DNA of 64,000 bases from a virus (Duplodnaviria > Caudoviricetes): the IMG/VR virus record IMGVR_UViG_3300043432_000237, positions 61,037-125,036 of that record. The stretch is one strand, 5' to 3'. Below are positions 9,467 through 19,164 of the stretch, piece by piece (position 1 is the first letter of the stretch; every line of letters begins with the position of its first letter). The notes beneath the pieces are model-generated. The model searched no databases, was not told where the DNA came from, and saw only the letters and a program-made list of their open reading frames with translations. The position numbers and the translations under genes were made by a program.

Positions 9467-9765
9467 CAGGCCGTCCTTTGCTTCTTGCGTTTGCGTGCCA
9501 CGGTCAGTCCATAGAGCGTGGCCAGTAGCAGCTGCGCCCCTTCGGGAAACCGCACCGCGGTGTAGGTGCGGGCGGCGACCAGCTCCGCCACGCGCTGGCA
9601 GCCCCAGCGCTCCTCGGGCGCCCGGCCGCTCAGTGAGTCCAACACGGAACCGGCGCGAGCGGCAGCCCACAAGTGCGCGTTGATGTGATGCGGAAACCTC
9701 ACGCCGCGCTCAGTCAGCAGGACGGTGCAGGTGCCGTCGCCGCACTTGACCCGAAACTTCCTCAC
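9466..9765 (-). CDS. hypothetical protein
   Basis: Coupled to VWA gene. Confidence 0.55.
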   Translation of the reverse strand: MRKFRVKCGDGTCTVLLTERGVRFPHHINAHLWAAARAGSVLDSLSGRAPEERWGCQRVAELVAARTYTAVRFPEGAQLLLATLYGLTVARKRKKQRTA

Positions 9766-11006
9766 GAGAGGCCTCGTTGCACGTGCACCACCGCGCGCAC
9801 GTAGCTCGGAACGGTCGAAACGGGCGCCGCGTGCGCGCCGATCAGCGCCACGATGATCTCCTGGGAGGGCACTGGCTTACTGGTGGGCCAAAGCGTGTGC
9901 CCGTCGGTCAACAGGATGACGACGTCGCCGTGTTTGCGCGCCGCCTCCAGACCGTTGCCCAGGTACGTGCCGCCGCCGCCCACCAGCTGGAGCTGGTCCA
10001 CGTTGCGTACGAGCTGCGCCGCCGCGGCTTCGGTGTCGCAACAGATGACGGACACAGCGTGCTGTCCGATGGCGCGCACGATGCCCGGGATCTCGGCCAA
10101 AGCAAGCGGCAGCTCTTCTGCGGCACCCATGGAGCTGGAAGTGTCGAGCACGATCACGACCCGGGGAAGCCGGCGCACCATGGCAGGCAACAGCACCCCA
10201 TTGAACGTCCCGCGCCGGCTGCGGCGCGCGTAGGAGTAGTCCTCGCAGCCCGTCGCCAAGCGGCAGGCCGCGTGAGTCTGGGCCATCAGGGTGCGCTCCC
10301 AGGGGATGGTGGGCGCGCGCAGGCGCTCGGTAGCCCAGCGCACGGTGCGCCCAGGCAGGCTGCCGTGCAGGCGCACGTGAGCCAGGATGTCCCGTGCGGT
10401 CTGGTCTCGAATCAGATCCACCTCGACCGGCCCGTAGCCTGGCACGGAGCTGTCGTCCCCCTCTTCGTAGTCTTGCGGCAAGCCGTGCGCAGCGCTGCCG
10501 CACATCAGGGGCGGAGTACTGGTGTCGTCGTCTCGGATCGCAGCGTAGTACTGCTCCCAGAACAGGTCTACGGGCTGCTGCAGCGTGCGCGGGAAGATCC
10601 GGGTCTCGTGTGCGGGCAGCCGGCCACCCTCGGCCTCCAGGTCGTCGTTGATCTCGGCGTCCGTGCACCGATTGATCAGCCACGCGGTGTGGGCCTTGCA
10701 CGCGCTGGTGCCCAGCAGCGTCTCTGCCCGGTCAGCGTGCCCGCGCAACCAGTGCTGCAGCTCGTGCAGCAAGGCCCACGAGGCCTCCGCGACCTTCCAG
10801 CTCAGGGTCGGGTCCCAGTAGACGCGCCCGCGACGGTCCACCGCAAACGTGCCAAGGCCAGGTCGCCGCACGGGTACGAGCGCCGTGAGCGACAAGGCCA
10901 GGTAGGGGCGCTTGGTCAGCGCCGCGAGGCGCACTGCAGCGAAGTCGAGAGCCATGCTGATCCATGGTACGGAGCCATCAGCCAGAGCTTCCCTGCAGAT
11001 ACTCAC
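9762..11006 (-). CDS. DUF2201-type metallopeptidase plus VWA-like domain protein
   Basis: HELQH, DAEIND, MIDAS DTSSSM, GGGGT, LLTDG; true start possibly MALDFAA. Confidence 0.88.
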   Translation of the reverse strand: MSICREALADGSVPWISMALDFAAVRLAALTKRPYLALSLTALVPVRRPGLGTFAVDRRGRVYWDPTLSWKVAEASWALLHELQHWLRGHADRAETLLGTSACKAHTAWLINRCTDAEINDDLEAEGGRLPAHETRIFPRTLQQPVDLFWEQYYAAIRDDDTSTPPLMCGSAAHGLPQDYEEGDDSSVPGYGPVEVDLIRDQTARDILAHVRLHGSLPGRTVRWATERLRAPTIPWERTLMAQTHAACRLATGCEDYSYARRSRRGTFNGVLLPAMVRRLPRVVIVLDTSSSMGAAEELPLALAEIPGIVRAIGQHAVSVICCDTEAAAAQLVRNVDQLQLVGGGGTYLGNGLEAARKHGDVVILLTDGHTLWPTSKPVPSQEIIVALIGAHAAPVSTVPSYVRAVVHVQRGLS

Positions 11007-11232
11007 GCATCTCGCGTAACGTCTCAGCCCAGCCGTTGCCGCCGTCTTCGCCCGCGAAGGTCTGCAGCCCGAGGTCGATGTGCCGCAACAGCTCGGGCGT
11101 CGCGTCCCGCGGGCAGCCGGCGAGGCTCCACTGGTTGACCAAGCGGATGATCTGATTGAGCTGCCGGCGCCCCTGGTTCCACCAGTCGATCGGCGTGTTC
11201 TCGGGCCACTCTTTCCAGTGTCGCGCGGTCAT
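10978..11232 (-). CDS. hypothetical protein
   Basis: 84 aa, coupled. Confidence 0.6.
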   Translation of the reverse strand: MTARHWKEWPENTPIDWWNQGRRQLNQIIRLVNQWSLAGCPRDATPELLRHIDLGLQTFAGEDGGNGWAETLREMREYLQGSSG

Positions 11233-11492
11233 CTGGAAGCCTTCACCGTGCGACGCAAGGCTGCCAAGGAGACGTCCGCTTCGGCCTCCTCGCGAGTCTT
11301 GCGCAGCACATCAGAGGGTATGAGCACGGCGCCGTCGCCGCGCACCAGGGCGGCAGGAAACCACGCCACGCCCGCCGGGTCGACCAGCGCAAACCACTGC
11401 GCGGGTTTCCCCGAAACCTCCTGACGCACGTGCGTGCGCAGCGTGCAGACGAAGACCTGTCCCTGCCAAGCGACGTAGTAGAGCGGGGCCAT
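11229..11492 (-). CDS. hypothetical protein
   Basis: ATG at 11492 (MAPLYYVAWQ), TAATG coupling. Confidence 0.6.
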   Translation of the reverse strand: MAPLYYVAWQGQVFVCTLRTHVRQEVSGKPAQWFALVDPAGVAWFPAALVRGDGAVLIPSDVLRKTREEAEADVSLAALRRTVKASR

Positions 11493-11911
11493 TAGATCCA
11501 CCGAGTAGACTGTTCGAGCTGGTCGAGCAAGCGTTTTCGCGCGCGCTCGATGCCGGCCACCACCCGTACCGCCGTCTCGGTATCGCCGCGGATCTTCTCG
11601 ATCAGGAGGGTCGACGCGATCATCGGATCGGCGGTCGCGACGACCTTGCCGGACTTGGCGCACACCTCCACCAGCCGCACAGTGTGCTTCTGGCTGCCTG
11701 CCTGCCAGGTGTCGAGCAGGATCGCGGCCCGCGCGTTGTAGCGCAAGCCGATCCGCACGGGCCGCATGCGCAACAAGCTCACTCCGTGATCAATGAGCAT
11801 CTTGCGCAAGTGCATGACGGTGCGTAGACCAGCGCACAGCAGCTTGTGCAACCGCTCGGGGTGGCCGTCCAAGGCGTCCAGCGTGATGTCGGTGCGTAGC
11901 CGAGCCTTCAT
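11492..11911 (-). CDS. hypothetical protein
   Basis: ATG at 11911 (MKARLRTD), GAGG RBS, overlaps ATPase stop. Confidence 0.6.
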   Translation of the reverse strand: MKARLRTDITLDALDGHPERLHKLLCAGLRTVMHLRKMLIDHGVSLLRMRPVRIGLRYNARAAILLDTWQAGSQKHTVRLVEVCAKSGKVVATADPMIASTLLIEKIRGDTETAVRVVAGIERARKRLLDQLEQSTRWI

Positions 11912-13071
11912 CGCCCACCTCGCATCATGCCAGCGGCCTGCAGCAGCGGCCGGAACAGCTCGACGGCCTTGGCCGCCTCGACAGGGTAGCCGTCCTGGGG
12001 AGCCACTTTTACCGACGCCAGTGCGCGCATGGCCATTGCCGCGATGTCCCCGTGCCCGAGCTGGTGCGCCCGGCCCATCACACGCACCCCAGCCGACCAG
12101 CGCGCCTTGGTGTTTTCGCGCAGTACCGCGTTCGTGACCTCGGTCAGGATCACGAAGATCTTGTCTCCGCGCGGCGGCAAAACGAGCCGATCGGGATGCG
12201 CCAACAGCTCCTCGGGATCGGGCAGATCCAGGTCCACGGCGTAGGCCAGGAACGCGGTCGCCGCAGCCGGGCCGACGCAGCCAGACACCAGCAGGCGAGC
12301 CAGCGGGCTGATGTTGCCCTGGTGCTGAGGCAAGCCCTGCCCGAACGAGCCCGCGGCAGCCAGCAGATCCATGGCCGCCGTCCAGCTGCGGAAGCTCGGC
12401 CACGGGCCGGACCGCGCCGCGGCATCCGTCGGCAGGTTGTCGATCGCGCTGGGCATGTGCTGCGCGAAGCCCGCCACGACCGCCCGCACGCGGTCGAGCC
12501 CCGCGCGCCAGTCGTCGGCCACGGTCACCACCGGTGGCGGCGGAAAGCCGCGCAGCATCTGCTGCACCCAGTAGTCCACGGGCATCTGCCAGGTGAGGTG
12601 GCAGAAGCGATTGGCCAGCGGCGCGCTCAGCGCGGTGCCGCTCTCCGCCTGCTCGGGCGGGTTCATGGCCGCCACGGTGGCCAGCTTCGGGATGTGCACG
12701 TCCCCCCAGGTGCCCTCGTGCACGCCGCGCATGGCCGCGGCCCGGGTCGCCGGTGGCCCGTTGCCCAGCTCGTCCAAGAACAAGCCCGCGCGGTGCTCGG
12801 CCTGCGCCAACCGGTGCACCCAGTCGCACGGCACGAGCGCGACGACGGCGGGCTGCGTCTCCGTCGCGGCCTGGGGACACGGATAGCCGCCGTACTCGGG
12901 CGGCTCGTGCAGCGCCGCGATGCTGACGTGCGACTCGTCGCAGAGCGTCCCCAGCAGGTGCCCCACAATGGAGGTCTTGCCGCAGCCCGGCGGACCCGTG
13001 AGTAGGCAGGCCACGCGCGCCTGGATGCAGACCGCCACCGCGTCGATCGTCGTCTGAAAGTCCGTGCTCAT
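11908..13071 (-). CDS. MoxR-like AAA+ ATPase
   Basis: Walker A GPPGCGKT, Walker B LFLDE, AAMNP, PLANRF, PSFRSW. Confidence 0.92.
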   Translation of the reverse strand: MSTDFQTTIDAVAVCIQARVACLLTGPPGCGKTSIVGHLLGTLCDESHVSIAALHEPPEYGGYPCPQAATETQPAVVALVPCDWVHRLAQAEHRAGLFLDELGNGPPATRAAAMRGVHEGTWGDVHIPKLATVAAMNPPEQAESGTALSAPLANRFCHLTWQMPVDYWVQQMLRGFPPPPVVTVADDWRAGLDRVRAVVAGFAQHMPSAIDNLPTDAAARSGPWPSFRSWTAAMDLLAAAGSFGQGLPQHQGNISPLARLLVSGCVGPAAATAFLAYAVDLDLPDPEELLAHPDRLVLPPRGDKIFVILTEVTNAVLRENTKARWSAGVRVMGRAHQLGHGDIAAMAMRALASVKVAPQDGYPVEAAKAVELFRPLLQAAGMMRGGR

Positions 13072-13110
13072 GTGTCGTGGTACTCCAGAGAAAGAGAAAA
13101 TCTCCCCAGC

Positions 13111-13278
13111 TCAACTAGACTTGGGATAGAGCCGCTCGGCCAGCTCGCTCAGGCGGTTGCGCGTGTCGGTCTGCTCCGTCGCCGCGAGGTCCAGCAGCAA
13201 CCTGATGACATCGCTGGCTCGGAGATAGGTCACCTCGCCCACGACCACAAACCGCACGACCACGTCGGCTTTGCCCAT
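13111..13278 (-). CDS. small hypothetical protein (55 aa)
   Basis: AGGAG RBS before MGKADVVVRF. Confidence 0.55.
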   Translation of the reverse strand: MGKADVVVRFVVVGEVTYLRASDVIRLLLDLAATEQTDTRNRLSELAERLYPKSS

Positions 13279-13306
13279 GTCTCCTGGTACGGAACCGCTC
13301 TGTAGT

Positions 13307-13332
13307 TCTCCCCTGAAAAAAAGTAGGGGAGA
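13307..13332. promoter_or_regulatory. inverted repeat TCTCCCCT-N10-AGGGGAGA in divergent intergenic region
   Basis: Perfect 8-bp arms around an A tract. Confidence 0.45.
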
Positions 13333-13361
13333 TCGCGGTGCGCTTCGGGGTACCACGAAGC

Positions 13362-14078
13362 ATGACCGTCTCCCACGAAGCCGCCCGAGGGTGCGGCTAC
13401 CGCAAGCCGAGCATGAATGGTGTGGGCATCTACCTGGTGGGGCCCGACACCCAGCAGCCCTGTGGCCGGCTGCCCATCCCACTCACGCACTGCTCGTGCT
13501 GCGGCGCGGGCATCAAGCCCAGCCGCGGCTGGACCTGGATCCGCCCCCGGGAGCTGTTCGGGGTGCCGGAGAAGCCGTGCCCGCCCCAGCGGGTCAACAA
13601 CAAGTTCACCAAGGCGCCCTGTGACACCTGCTCGCTGGGCACCGGCATGCCCGCGGGCCAGCACGGGCTGTTGTGGGTCGGCGAGGCGTTCTATCCTCGC
13701 CCCGAGGACTTCACCCGCGAGGCGGCGCGCATGGGGCTGTCGCGCAAGCTGGGCGCCTTGCCGCGCGGCTTCGAGCTGGGCGTGACGCGCGTCTACCTGG
13801 CGCACCGGCGCGCGTGCTGGAACCCCGAGACGCAGCAGTACACGGCGGGCGTGTTCTCGTCGTTCATTCCGATCAGGATCGATCTGGTGGTCGCCGACGA
13901 CGAGCACCCGCCCGAGCGCGCGGTGCAGCTAGCGAAGCAGCTGGGCGACCGTGCCAACATCCTGCGCGTGGTGCCGCTGACGCAGCAGACGGAGATGTGG
14001 CCTGTCACTGCTACGGAGGAGCCTGAAGCAACGACGACCGACGAGGAAACAGGAGGATCGCATGGCGAAAGAGAATGA
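13362..14078 (+). CDS. hypothetical phage protein
   Basis: RGCGYRK, CGRLP, LLWVGEAFY..F..EA..MGLSRK. Confidence 0.75.
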   Translation: MTVSHEAARGCGYRKPSMNGVGIYLVGPDTQQPCGRLPIPLTHCSCCGAGIKPSRGWTWIRPRELFGVPEKPCPPQRVNNKFTKAPCDTCSLGTGMPAGQHGLLWVGEAFYPRPEDFTREAARMGLSRKLGALPRGFELGVTRVYLAHRRACWNPETQQYTAGVFSSFIPIRIDLVVADDEHPPERAVQLAKQLGDRANILRVVPLTQQTEMWPVTATEEPEATTTDEETGGSHGERE

Positions 14079-14589
14079 ACTGCAAGAGTGCTTGCGTCAG
14101 GAGCGCAACGAGATCGCTTATCGGCTGTACTGCTGCCAGAAAGAACGCGACCGTGGGCTGGACGAACGTCTGCACACGGTCGATGCACTGAACGCGGTCA
14201 CCAAGCAGCAGGACGAGATCCGGCGGGCCCTGAACACCGCTTTGGGGTCGACTGAGCCTTCCTGCCACATCATGAACCTGGTGGGCGCTGCTGCTGATGC
14301 GTTGCGCCAGCTGCGCGATGAGCATCTCAGCGTGCGCGCTACCCTGGCCCCTGTGCTGGCGGCGCGCGGGTTTCCCGGGTATCCCAACCGCGCGCCAATC
14401 ACAGAGCTGGTCGCGGAAGTGGGAAAGCTGGCTGTGCGGACCTTGACAGCCGAGGACGCCATGCAGCAGGCGCACGAGCGCGCCAGCGCCGCGGAGGCCA
14501 AGTTGTCAGCTCTGCAAACGCTGGTCGAAAGCAGCCCGAAGAGCAAGCTGGCCACCGAAGCATTGCTGCTGCTGAAGTCTCGACGCTGA
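14062..14589 (+). CDS. coiled-coil hypothetical protein
   Basis: AGGAGG RBS. Confidence 0.7.
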   Translation: MAKENELQECLRQERNEIAYRLYCCQKERDRGLDERLHTVDALNAVTKQQDEIRRALNTALGSTEPSCHIMNLVGAAADALRQLRDEHLSVRATLAPVLAARGFPGYPNRAPITELVAEVGKLAVRTLTAEDAMQQAHERASAAEAKLSALQTLVESSPKSKLATEALLLLKSRR

Positions 14590-14601
14590 GGAGCCTGAGG
14601 C

Positions 14602-15048
14602 ATGAGCAAAAAGAAACGCATTCGCGAGTTGCGCCGCACGGTGGCGCAGCTGCAAGCCGCCCGCGCGCGCACTGACGCGCTACTGCGCGATTTGGACCGC
14701 GAGCTAACGGTGGTGCTGGGCTCCAAGATCGCGCCGCAAGCCTCGGGTCTCTGGGGAACCGCCCCGGAGCTGTTCTGGTTCGCGGAGAATTCAATCACGG
14801 CCCAGGTCATGCCGGCGTGGGTGCTCCTGAACGGGCACGTTGCGCACAGCGCGCATCCCGAGATGGATCGCTGGCAGCTGGTGTCCCTGATGGAGCTGGA
14901 GGCGCTGGTTGGTCCAGCACGAGCGCAGCGTTTCAGGGAGCGCCCCACGGACGCGCTGCCCAACGTGCCGTGTCCCGAGATCCGGTTTCCTCTCGGCACC
15001 TACGAGCGCCTGGACGCGCTGCGCGCGAGGGTACGGGGCAAATCATGA
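14602..15048 (+). CDS. hypothetical protein
   Basis: RBS, coupled downstream. Confidence 0.65.
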   Translation: MSKKKRIRELRRTVAQLQAARARTDALLRDLDRELTVVLGSKIAPQASGLWGTAPELFWFAENSITAQVMPAWVLLNGHVAHSAHPEMDRWQLVSLMELEALVGPARAQRFRERPTDALPNVPCPEIRFPLGTYERLDALRARVRGKS

Positions 15049-15704
15049 GCTACCACGACATGCACGATCAGCGGTTGCGCAAGCACCAGTGGTCGATGAG
15101 CGCATTGCTGGTGGAGCACCAGCTGCAGGCGGAATCGTACTGGCCTGGCGGTGCTCGCTGGGTGGTGGGCAAGCCGGGGACCAGCGTCCTGAGGTTCGAG
15201 GTGATCGCGGGCATCTGCGGCTCGCTGATCGTCCACGGTGATATCGACATCGTGCGGTTCGGTCACTACAGCGACCGGCGCGATGCGTGGAGCCGGTTGC
15301 AGTGGATGGCCTTTTGTACCGACGTGGACTACTACGTGGCGCAGAAGGCCTCCATCGGCATGGGTCGGGTTAGCGATTCAATGATCTACGACGAGGACGT
15401 GGCCCGGGCGGAGCTGTTGCGTGACCTGAAGGAAGCGCAAAGCGAAGGGCCACCTGCGCTCGCAAAAGTCCTGGAGGAAGCGCTGGAGCACTACACCGAG
15501 GACGAGCACGAGCTGCGCAACTTCCTGGCGTCGGCGGGCAACTGGGACCTATGGGAGCGCGAGTACGGTAGGTGTCTGTCTCCCTCGGTCATCCTGGCGC
15601 ACCTGGCGCTGAACAAGACCGCTTGCTTGCTGCAGGAGAAGTACGGAGAATCGGGACCTCCACTGGGAAGGATGCAACATGATGGAACTGGAAGAGCTGA
15701 GTGA
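15045..15704 (+). CDS. hypothetical phage protein
   Basis: ATG at 15045; KPGTS..F.V...GSLIVHGD...DYYVAQK. Confidence 0.7.
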   Translation: MSYHDMHDQRLRKHQWSMSALLVEHQLQAESYWPGGARWVVGKPGTSVLRFEVIAGICGSLIVHGDIDIVRFGHYSDRRDAWSRLQWMAFCTDVDYYVAQKASIGMGRVSDSMIYDEDVARAELLRDLKEAQSEGPPALAKVLEEALEHYTEDEHELRNFLASAGNWDLWEREYGRCLSPSVILAHLALNKTACLLQEKYGESGPPLGRMQHDGTGRAE

Positions 15705-15993
15705 CGACGAGCTGATCGAAGAGCTGCTGTGCCGTCAGGGCAAGGTGTCGGTGGCCACCGCCGAGGCGCGTATGCAGGTGGCCATCGAAGCCGCGAACGG
15801 CGACGAGCGCCAAGCCCTGCAGGCGCTGGAGCGCGCCCGCCTCGACTTGGTCGAGACCGCGCTCAATCTGCTCACCACCTCGGGCGCTTCGGCGCCTGCG
15901 CCGAGCCTGGCCGCACAGGCGCACGTGATCTGGGCACACGACCTGCTGCTGGAACGCCTCGAACCGGACGGCGAAGACGACGACGAGTCATGA
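15679..15993 (+). CDS. hypothetical protein
   Basis: LEELSDDELIEEL N-terminus. Confidence 0.65.
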   Translation: MMELEELSDDELIEELLCRQGKVSVATAEARMQVAIEAANGDERQALQALERARLDLVETALNLLTTSGASAPAPSLAAQAHVIWAHDLLLERLEPDGEDDDES

Positions 15994-16259
15994 AGCGCAA
16001 GCGCTGCCCGCTGTGTGGACGTAGCCGCTGGATCACGTCTTTCTACCCCTGCAAGGCGGCCAAGGACGGCCATCAGCGCCTCTGCAAGGACTGCGACAAC
16101 CAGGATCGCAAGCGTAGGTACAACCAGCCCGTCTCGCGGGATGCGCCCTGGCGACCCAGGCTGGTCCGCAAGATCTGTCCGGTGTGCAACAACCTGGGTC
16201 ACGCGCGCCCACCGGAGGGTTGCCCAGGCTGCAAGCGCCCTCCCACCCTTGACGGATAA
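15990..16259 (+). CDS. zinc-finger protein
   Basis: KRCPLCG..F....KDG....CKDC plus second CxxC pair. Confidence 0.7.
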   Translation: MKRKRCPLCGRSRWITSFYPCKAAKDGHQRLCKDCDNQDRKRRYNQPVSRDAPWRPRLVRKICPVCNNLGHARPPEGCPGCKRPPTLDG

Positions 16260-16287
16260 ACGCTAGCTGTGCTAGCGAGGAGCTAAC
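16249..16287 (+). promoter_or_regulatory. promoter with GCTAGC boxes (TTGACG-N7-GCTAGC-N3-GCTAGC-N5-GCTAAC)
   Basis: Matches 7324..7351; boxes flank the GAGGAG RBS. Confidence 0.6.
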
Positions 16288-16291
16288 ACTG

Positions 16292-16474
16292 ATGGCGGAA
16301 GAGGAGTTCGAGTACTACGAGACGCTGGGCTACGACTCTGGCGCTCCGCCCGATCCGCCTCGCGAGGCGGGCGCCGGCTGGGTGCTGCACGAAACCTTGC
16401 CACCTGCTGCGGGCCGGGCGCTCTACGTGTTCCGGTGGAGGCGCGCGTGTCCCCAGACGCAATCTGGATCCTGA
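16292..16474 (+). CDS. small hypothetical protein
   Basis: GAGGAG RBS; EFEY...GW.L....YVFRW pattern. Confidence 0.6.
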   Translation: MAEEEFEYYETLGYDSGAPPDPPREAGAGWVLHETLPPAAGRALYVFRWRRACPQTQSGS

Positions 16475-16698
16475 ACTGCCGGCGGTGTGACGACTTGTTT
16501 CGGGTGATCGAGACAATGCGGAGCTGCCAGTGCGCGCACGTGTCGGGCCAGCTGGATGCGCAAGAGCGCCCCCAGGTGGAGGGCATACAGGGACGACTGC
16601 TGCGCATCGACTGGGAAGAGTACGACGGCGCCGCGGTGGGCGAGGCGCGCCGGTGGGTGGTGGCGCAGGACGAATTGCCGCTGAACGAGGAGGGCTGA
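16435..16698 (+). CDS. small Cys-containing protein
   Basis: CRRC...RSCQC. Confidence 0.55.
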   Translation: MEARVSPDAIWILNCRRCDDLFRVIETMRSCQCAHVSGQLDAQERPQVEGIQGRLLRIDWEEYDGAAVGEARRWVVAQDELPLNEEG

Positions 16699-16702
16699 AC
16701 CG

Positions 16703-17185
16703 ATGCAAGAGGACGCATTCGACGGCGCGGACTACTACGACTGTCAAGACGCCGAGGAACTGATGCACGAGAGCGCGAGCGAGGCCATCGCGGATCTGCT
16801 CGACTGCTGGGTGACACCCCCCTGCGACACGCCCGCGGTGATTCAGGAGCACTCTCCGATCACGGTGACGGCCTACCGGCACGTGGAGATCTCAGAGGCG
16901 GAGTTTGCCACCCGGGCGTTGCACGCAGCGCAGTCCATTTTGGAAGCGCTCGACGAAGAGTACGGGGACCCCGACGGCCACCACGTGTTGCGTCAGATCG
17001 AAGAGTCGTTGGGAGCTGCGCTCGCACCCGCACTGCGCGCGTGGTGCCAGGAGCACTACCAGCCCTGGATGTGCAACCCGAGCGGCAAGCGCGTGTACGA
17101 CGCGGACGCCGTCGAGGCACTCATGCGAAAAGACAAGCCGGAGTGGTTCGAGGCCACCACCGAATCAAAGGAGCAGAACCCATGA
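16703..17185 (+). CDS. acidic hypothetical protein
   Basis: GAGG RBS, 160 aa. Confidence 0.7.
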   Translation: MQEDAFDGADYYDCQDAEELMHESASEAIADLLDCWVTPPCDTPAVIQEHSPITVTAYRHVEISEAEFATRALHAAQSILEALDEEYGDPDGHHVLRQIEESLGAALAPALRAWCQEHYQPWMCNPSGKRVYDADAVEALMRKDKPEWFEATTESKEQNP

Positions 17186-17400
17186 ACGACGAGTTGCGCC
17201 ACCGAAACCCGACCCTTGCAACCGCGCCACTGGCACTGCAGTCGCTTGTCACACGCGCCTACCTGGACGATCCGGTGCGCACAGACCGAGAGCTGCGCGA
17301 GCTGGGATTCGAGGCGTTGGCGCGCGAGCTGGCGATCGACCACCAGACGGGTCGCCTGCGCGAGAATCAGGCAACGCTGGAGCCGGGATATGCGCCGTGA
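17182..17400 (+). CDS. hypothetical protein
   Basis: AAGGAG RBS, MNDELRH start. Confidence 0.55.
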   Translation: MNDELRHRNPTLATAPLALQSLVTRAYLDDPVRTDRELRELGFEALARELAIDHQTGRLRENQATLEPGYAP

Positions 17401-17831
17401 CGGACTTCAGGGAAAAGGTCGTCGCAATACTGGATGGGTGGGGAGCGAACGACCCCGCGAACCGTCCTTGTAGCGCGCGGGGGCTGTACGAGCTGCTGTG
17501 GCCGATCTTCGCGCAACACTTTCACGTTGCGGAGGCAGCGCGCGCGGCGGCGCTCACGCTGCAGGTGGCGACCGAGTCTTTGGAGCGCGGCGGCTACTCG
17601 TCGTCGCGCATCGTGGAGCGACTGCGCGAAGAAGGACTCGCGCTCACCATGAGCGATCTCTACCCGCACGCACTGAACTTCGCCAACGCGACGGTCGACA
17701 GCCAAGCGTTGTTGGCGTTACGCGAAGCCATCGACGAGCATCTCCCGCACTACGAACCCGAGCACGAGAACGGCGACTACGAAGCGGTCGTGCGGATCGC
17801 TGGTGCGGAGCTGGTCAAGCTTACCGCCTAA
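17397..17831 (+). CDS. hypothetical protein
   Basis: GTGA overlap start (VTDFREK). Confidence 0.6.
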   Translation: MTDFREKVVAILDGWGANDPANRPCSARGLYELLWPIFAQHFHVAEAARAAALTLQVATESLERGGYSSSRIVERLREEGLALTMSDLYPHALNFANATVDSQALLALREAIDEHLPHYEPEHENGDYEAVVRIAGAELVKLTA

Positions 17832-17855
17832 CTGAATGTCCGAAAGAAGAAAATC

Positions 17856-18797
17856 ATGAAAGACCTACAGACACTGAAAAGTGATCGTGAGCGCGCAACC
17901 GTCGTGACGGTCACTCCGGCGCTGGCCCAGGAGCTGCTCAACAACAGCATCGGCAACCGTGCCTTGCGCAAGGGGGTTGTGGAGCGATACGCGCGCGAGA
18001 TGTCCGCCAAGCTCTGGAATTGCGAAGCTCCGATCTTCATCATGGTGGACCAGCGCGCCAGGCTGATCGATGGCCACCACCGACTCACAGCCCTTATTCG
18101 TGCCGGGGTCACATTGCCGTTGCGCTTCATGCTTGGCGTGGATCCTGTGCACATGGCCAAGCTGGACGGCGGCGAGATCCGCACTCTCGGAGACCGGTTC
18201 ACGGCGTGGTGTCAGGACAAGGCCGTGCGCGACCTTGTGGGCGCCTCGCCGGGCCGCGCCACTCAGGCAGCCGCCATCGTAGGATTCGTCTACAAAATGC
18301 TCACGGGACAACAGAAGCCCGGTCTCGAACCGGCCATCCGTATCGTGCGGCACTACAAAGACAGTCTCGACTACGCCCTTACGGTTTGCGGGGCCAACCA
18401 CATCACACGGCGCTCTGCAGTCATGGCAGCGGTGACGATCGCCCACCGCTACGCGCAGCAGGCGGGCGAGATCAAAAGACTCACTCACTTCACCGAAAGC
18501 CTGGTCTCCGGAGAGATGCTCGAAGCCGGAGAACCGGCCTTCACGTTGCGCAACTACCTGATCTCGACCAAGGGCAAGCGCGACACTCGAAACGTGGCGG
18601 TTGCCAGGGTGGACAGTCAGTGGGTGATCTTCGTCAAGACCCTGCACTGCATGCGGCTGGCGCTTGAAGGCCAGCTGACGCGCAAGCTCATTCCTCCCCG
18701 CGATCCCGTTGCGGCCATCGAATACTTCACTGGCGACCGGCGCGAATTGGCGCGTGCCTTGCGACTGGACGCAGCTCTCACTAAAGCCGTCGAGTAA
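17856..18797 (+). CDS. ParB/Srx-like N-terminal domain protein
   Basis: TPALAQELL..NRAL....V..YAREM...W; LIDGHHRL. Confidence 0.8.
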   Translation: MKDLQTLKSDRERATVVTVTPALAQELLNNSIGNRALRKGVVERYAREMSAKLWNCEAPIFIMVDQRARLIDGHHRLTALIRAGVTLPLRFMLGVDPVHMAKLDGGEIRTLGDRFTAWCQDKAVRDLVGASPGRATQAAAIVGFVYKMLTGQQKPGLEPAIRIVRHYKDSLDYALTVCGANHITRRSAVMAAVTIAHRYAQQAGEIKRLTHFTESLVSGEMLEAGEPAFTLRNYLISTKGKRDTRNVAVARVDSQWVIFVKTLHCMRLALEGQLTRKLIPPRDPVAAIEYFTGDRRELARALRLDAALTKAVE

Positions 18798-18814
18798 GCG
18801 GCCAGAAGCAAGTG

Positions 18815-19084
18815 CTAGCGACGCAGCACGCGAGGCAGGAGGGCGTTCAGGCGGCGCTGGCGTTCTTGGCAGGGGGAGCACTGCTCGATGCCCAACGCCC
18901 CGGTGGCTCGCGCGACCAGATCTCCAGCACCGTAGAAGCGGGGGTCGACCGGCTGCACCGGGTGCTCGTGCTCTTGCAAGAAGCGTTGGGCTTGCAGCTC
19001 GTCCTGGGGAATGGCGGCCACGCGGCAGACCGAGCAGAGCAGCTGCGTGCCCTGGTGGGTGCGGCGCGAGAACACGTGCGACAT
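18815..19084 (-). CDS. small Cys-containing phage protein
   Basis: GAGDLVARATGALGIEQCSPCQERQRRLN; TATACT-N7-ATG upstream. Confidence 0.7.
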   Translation of the reverse strand: MSHVFSRRTHQGTQLLCSVCRVAAIPQDELQAQRFLQEHEHPVQPVDPRFYGAGDLVARATGALGIEQCSPCQERQRRLNALLPRVLRR

Positions 19085-19164
19085 GGCCGTCAGTATACCG
19101 AGTTGAGAATCAGGTGTCAGATCTCTGGGCGGGTCGGCGTCTAGCAGACAGGAGGCCACGAACA

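Noticed and set aside
9777-11138. Long antisense or alternative-frame ORFs (also 11492..13114, 21431..22942, 32176..33621, 48273..49883, 57163..58428)
   Set aside because: Shadow ORFs of high-GC3 genes; no recognisable motifs, and they overlap confident genes.
18812-19144. Plus-strand 110-aa ORF
   Set aside because: The minus-strand ORF 18815..19084 has a recognisable Cys motif and a TATACT-N7-ATG promoter.
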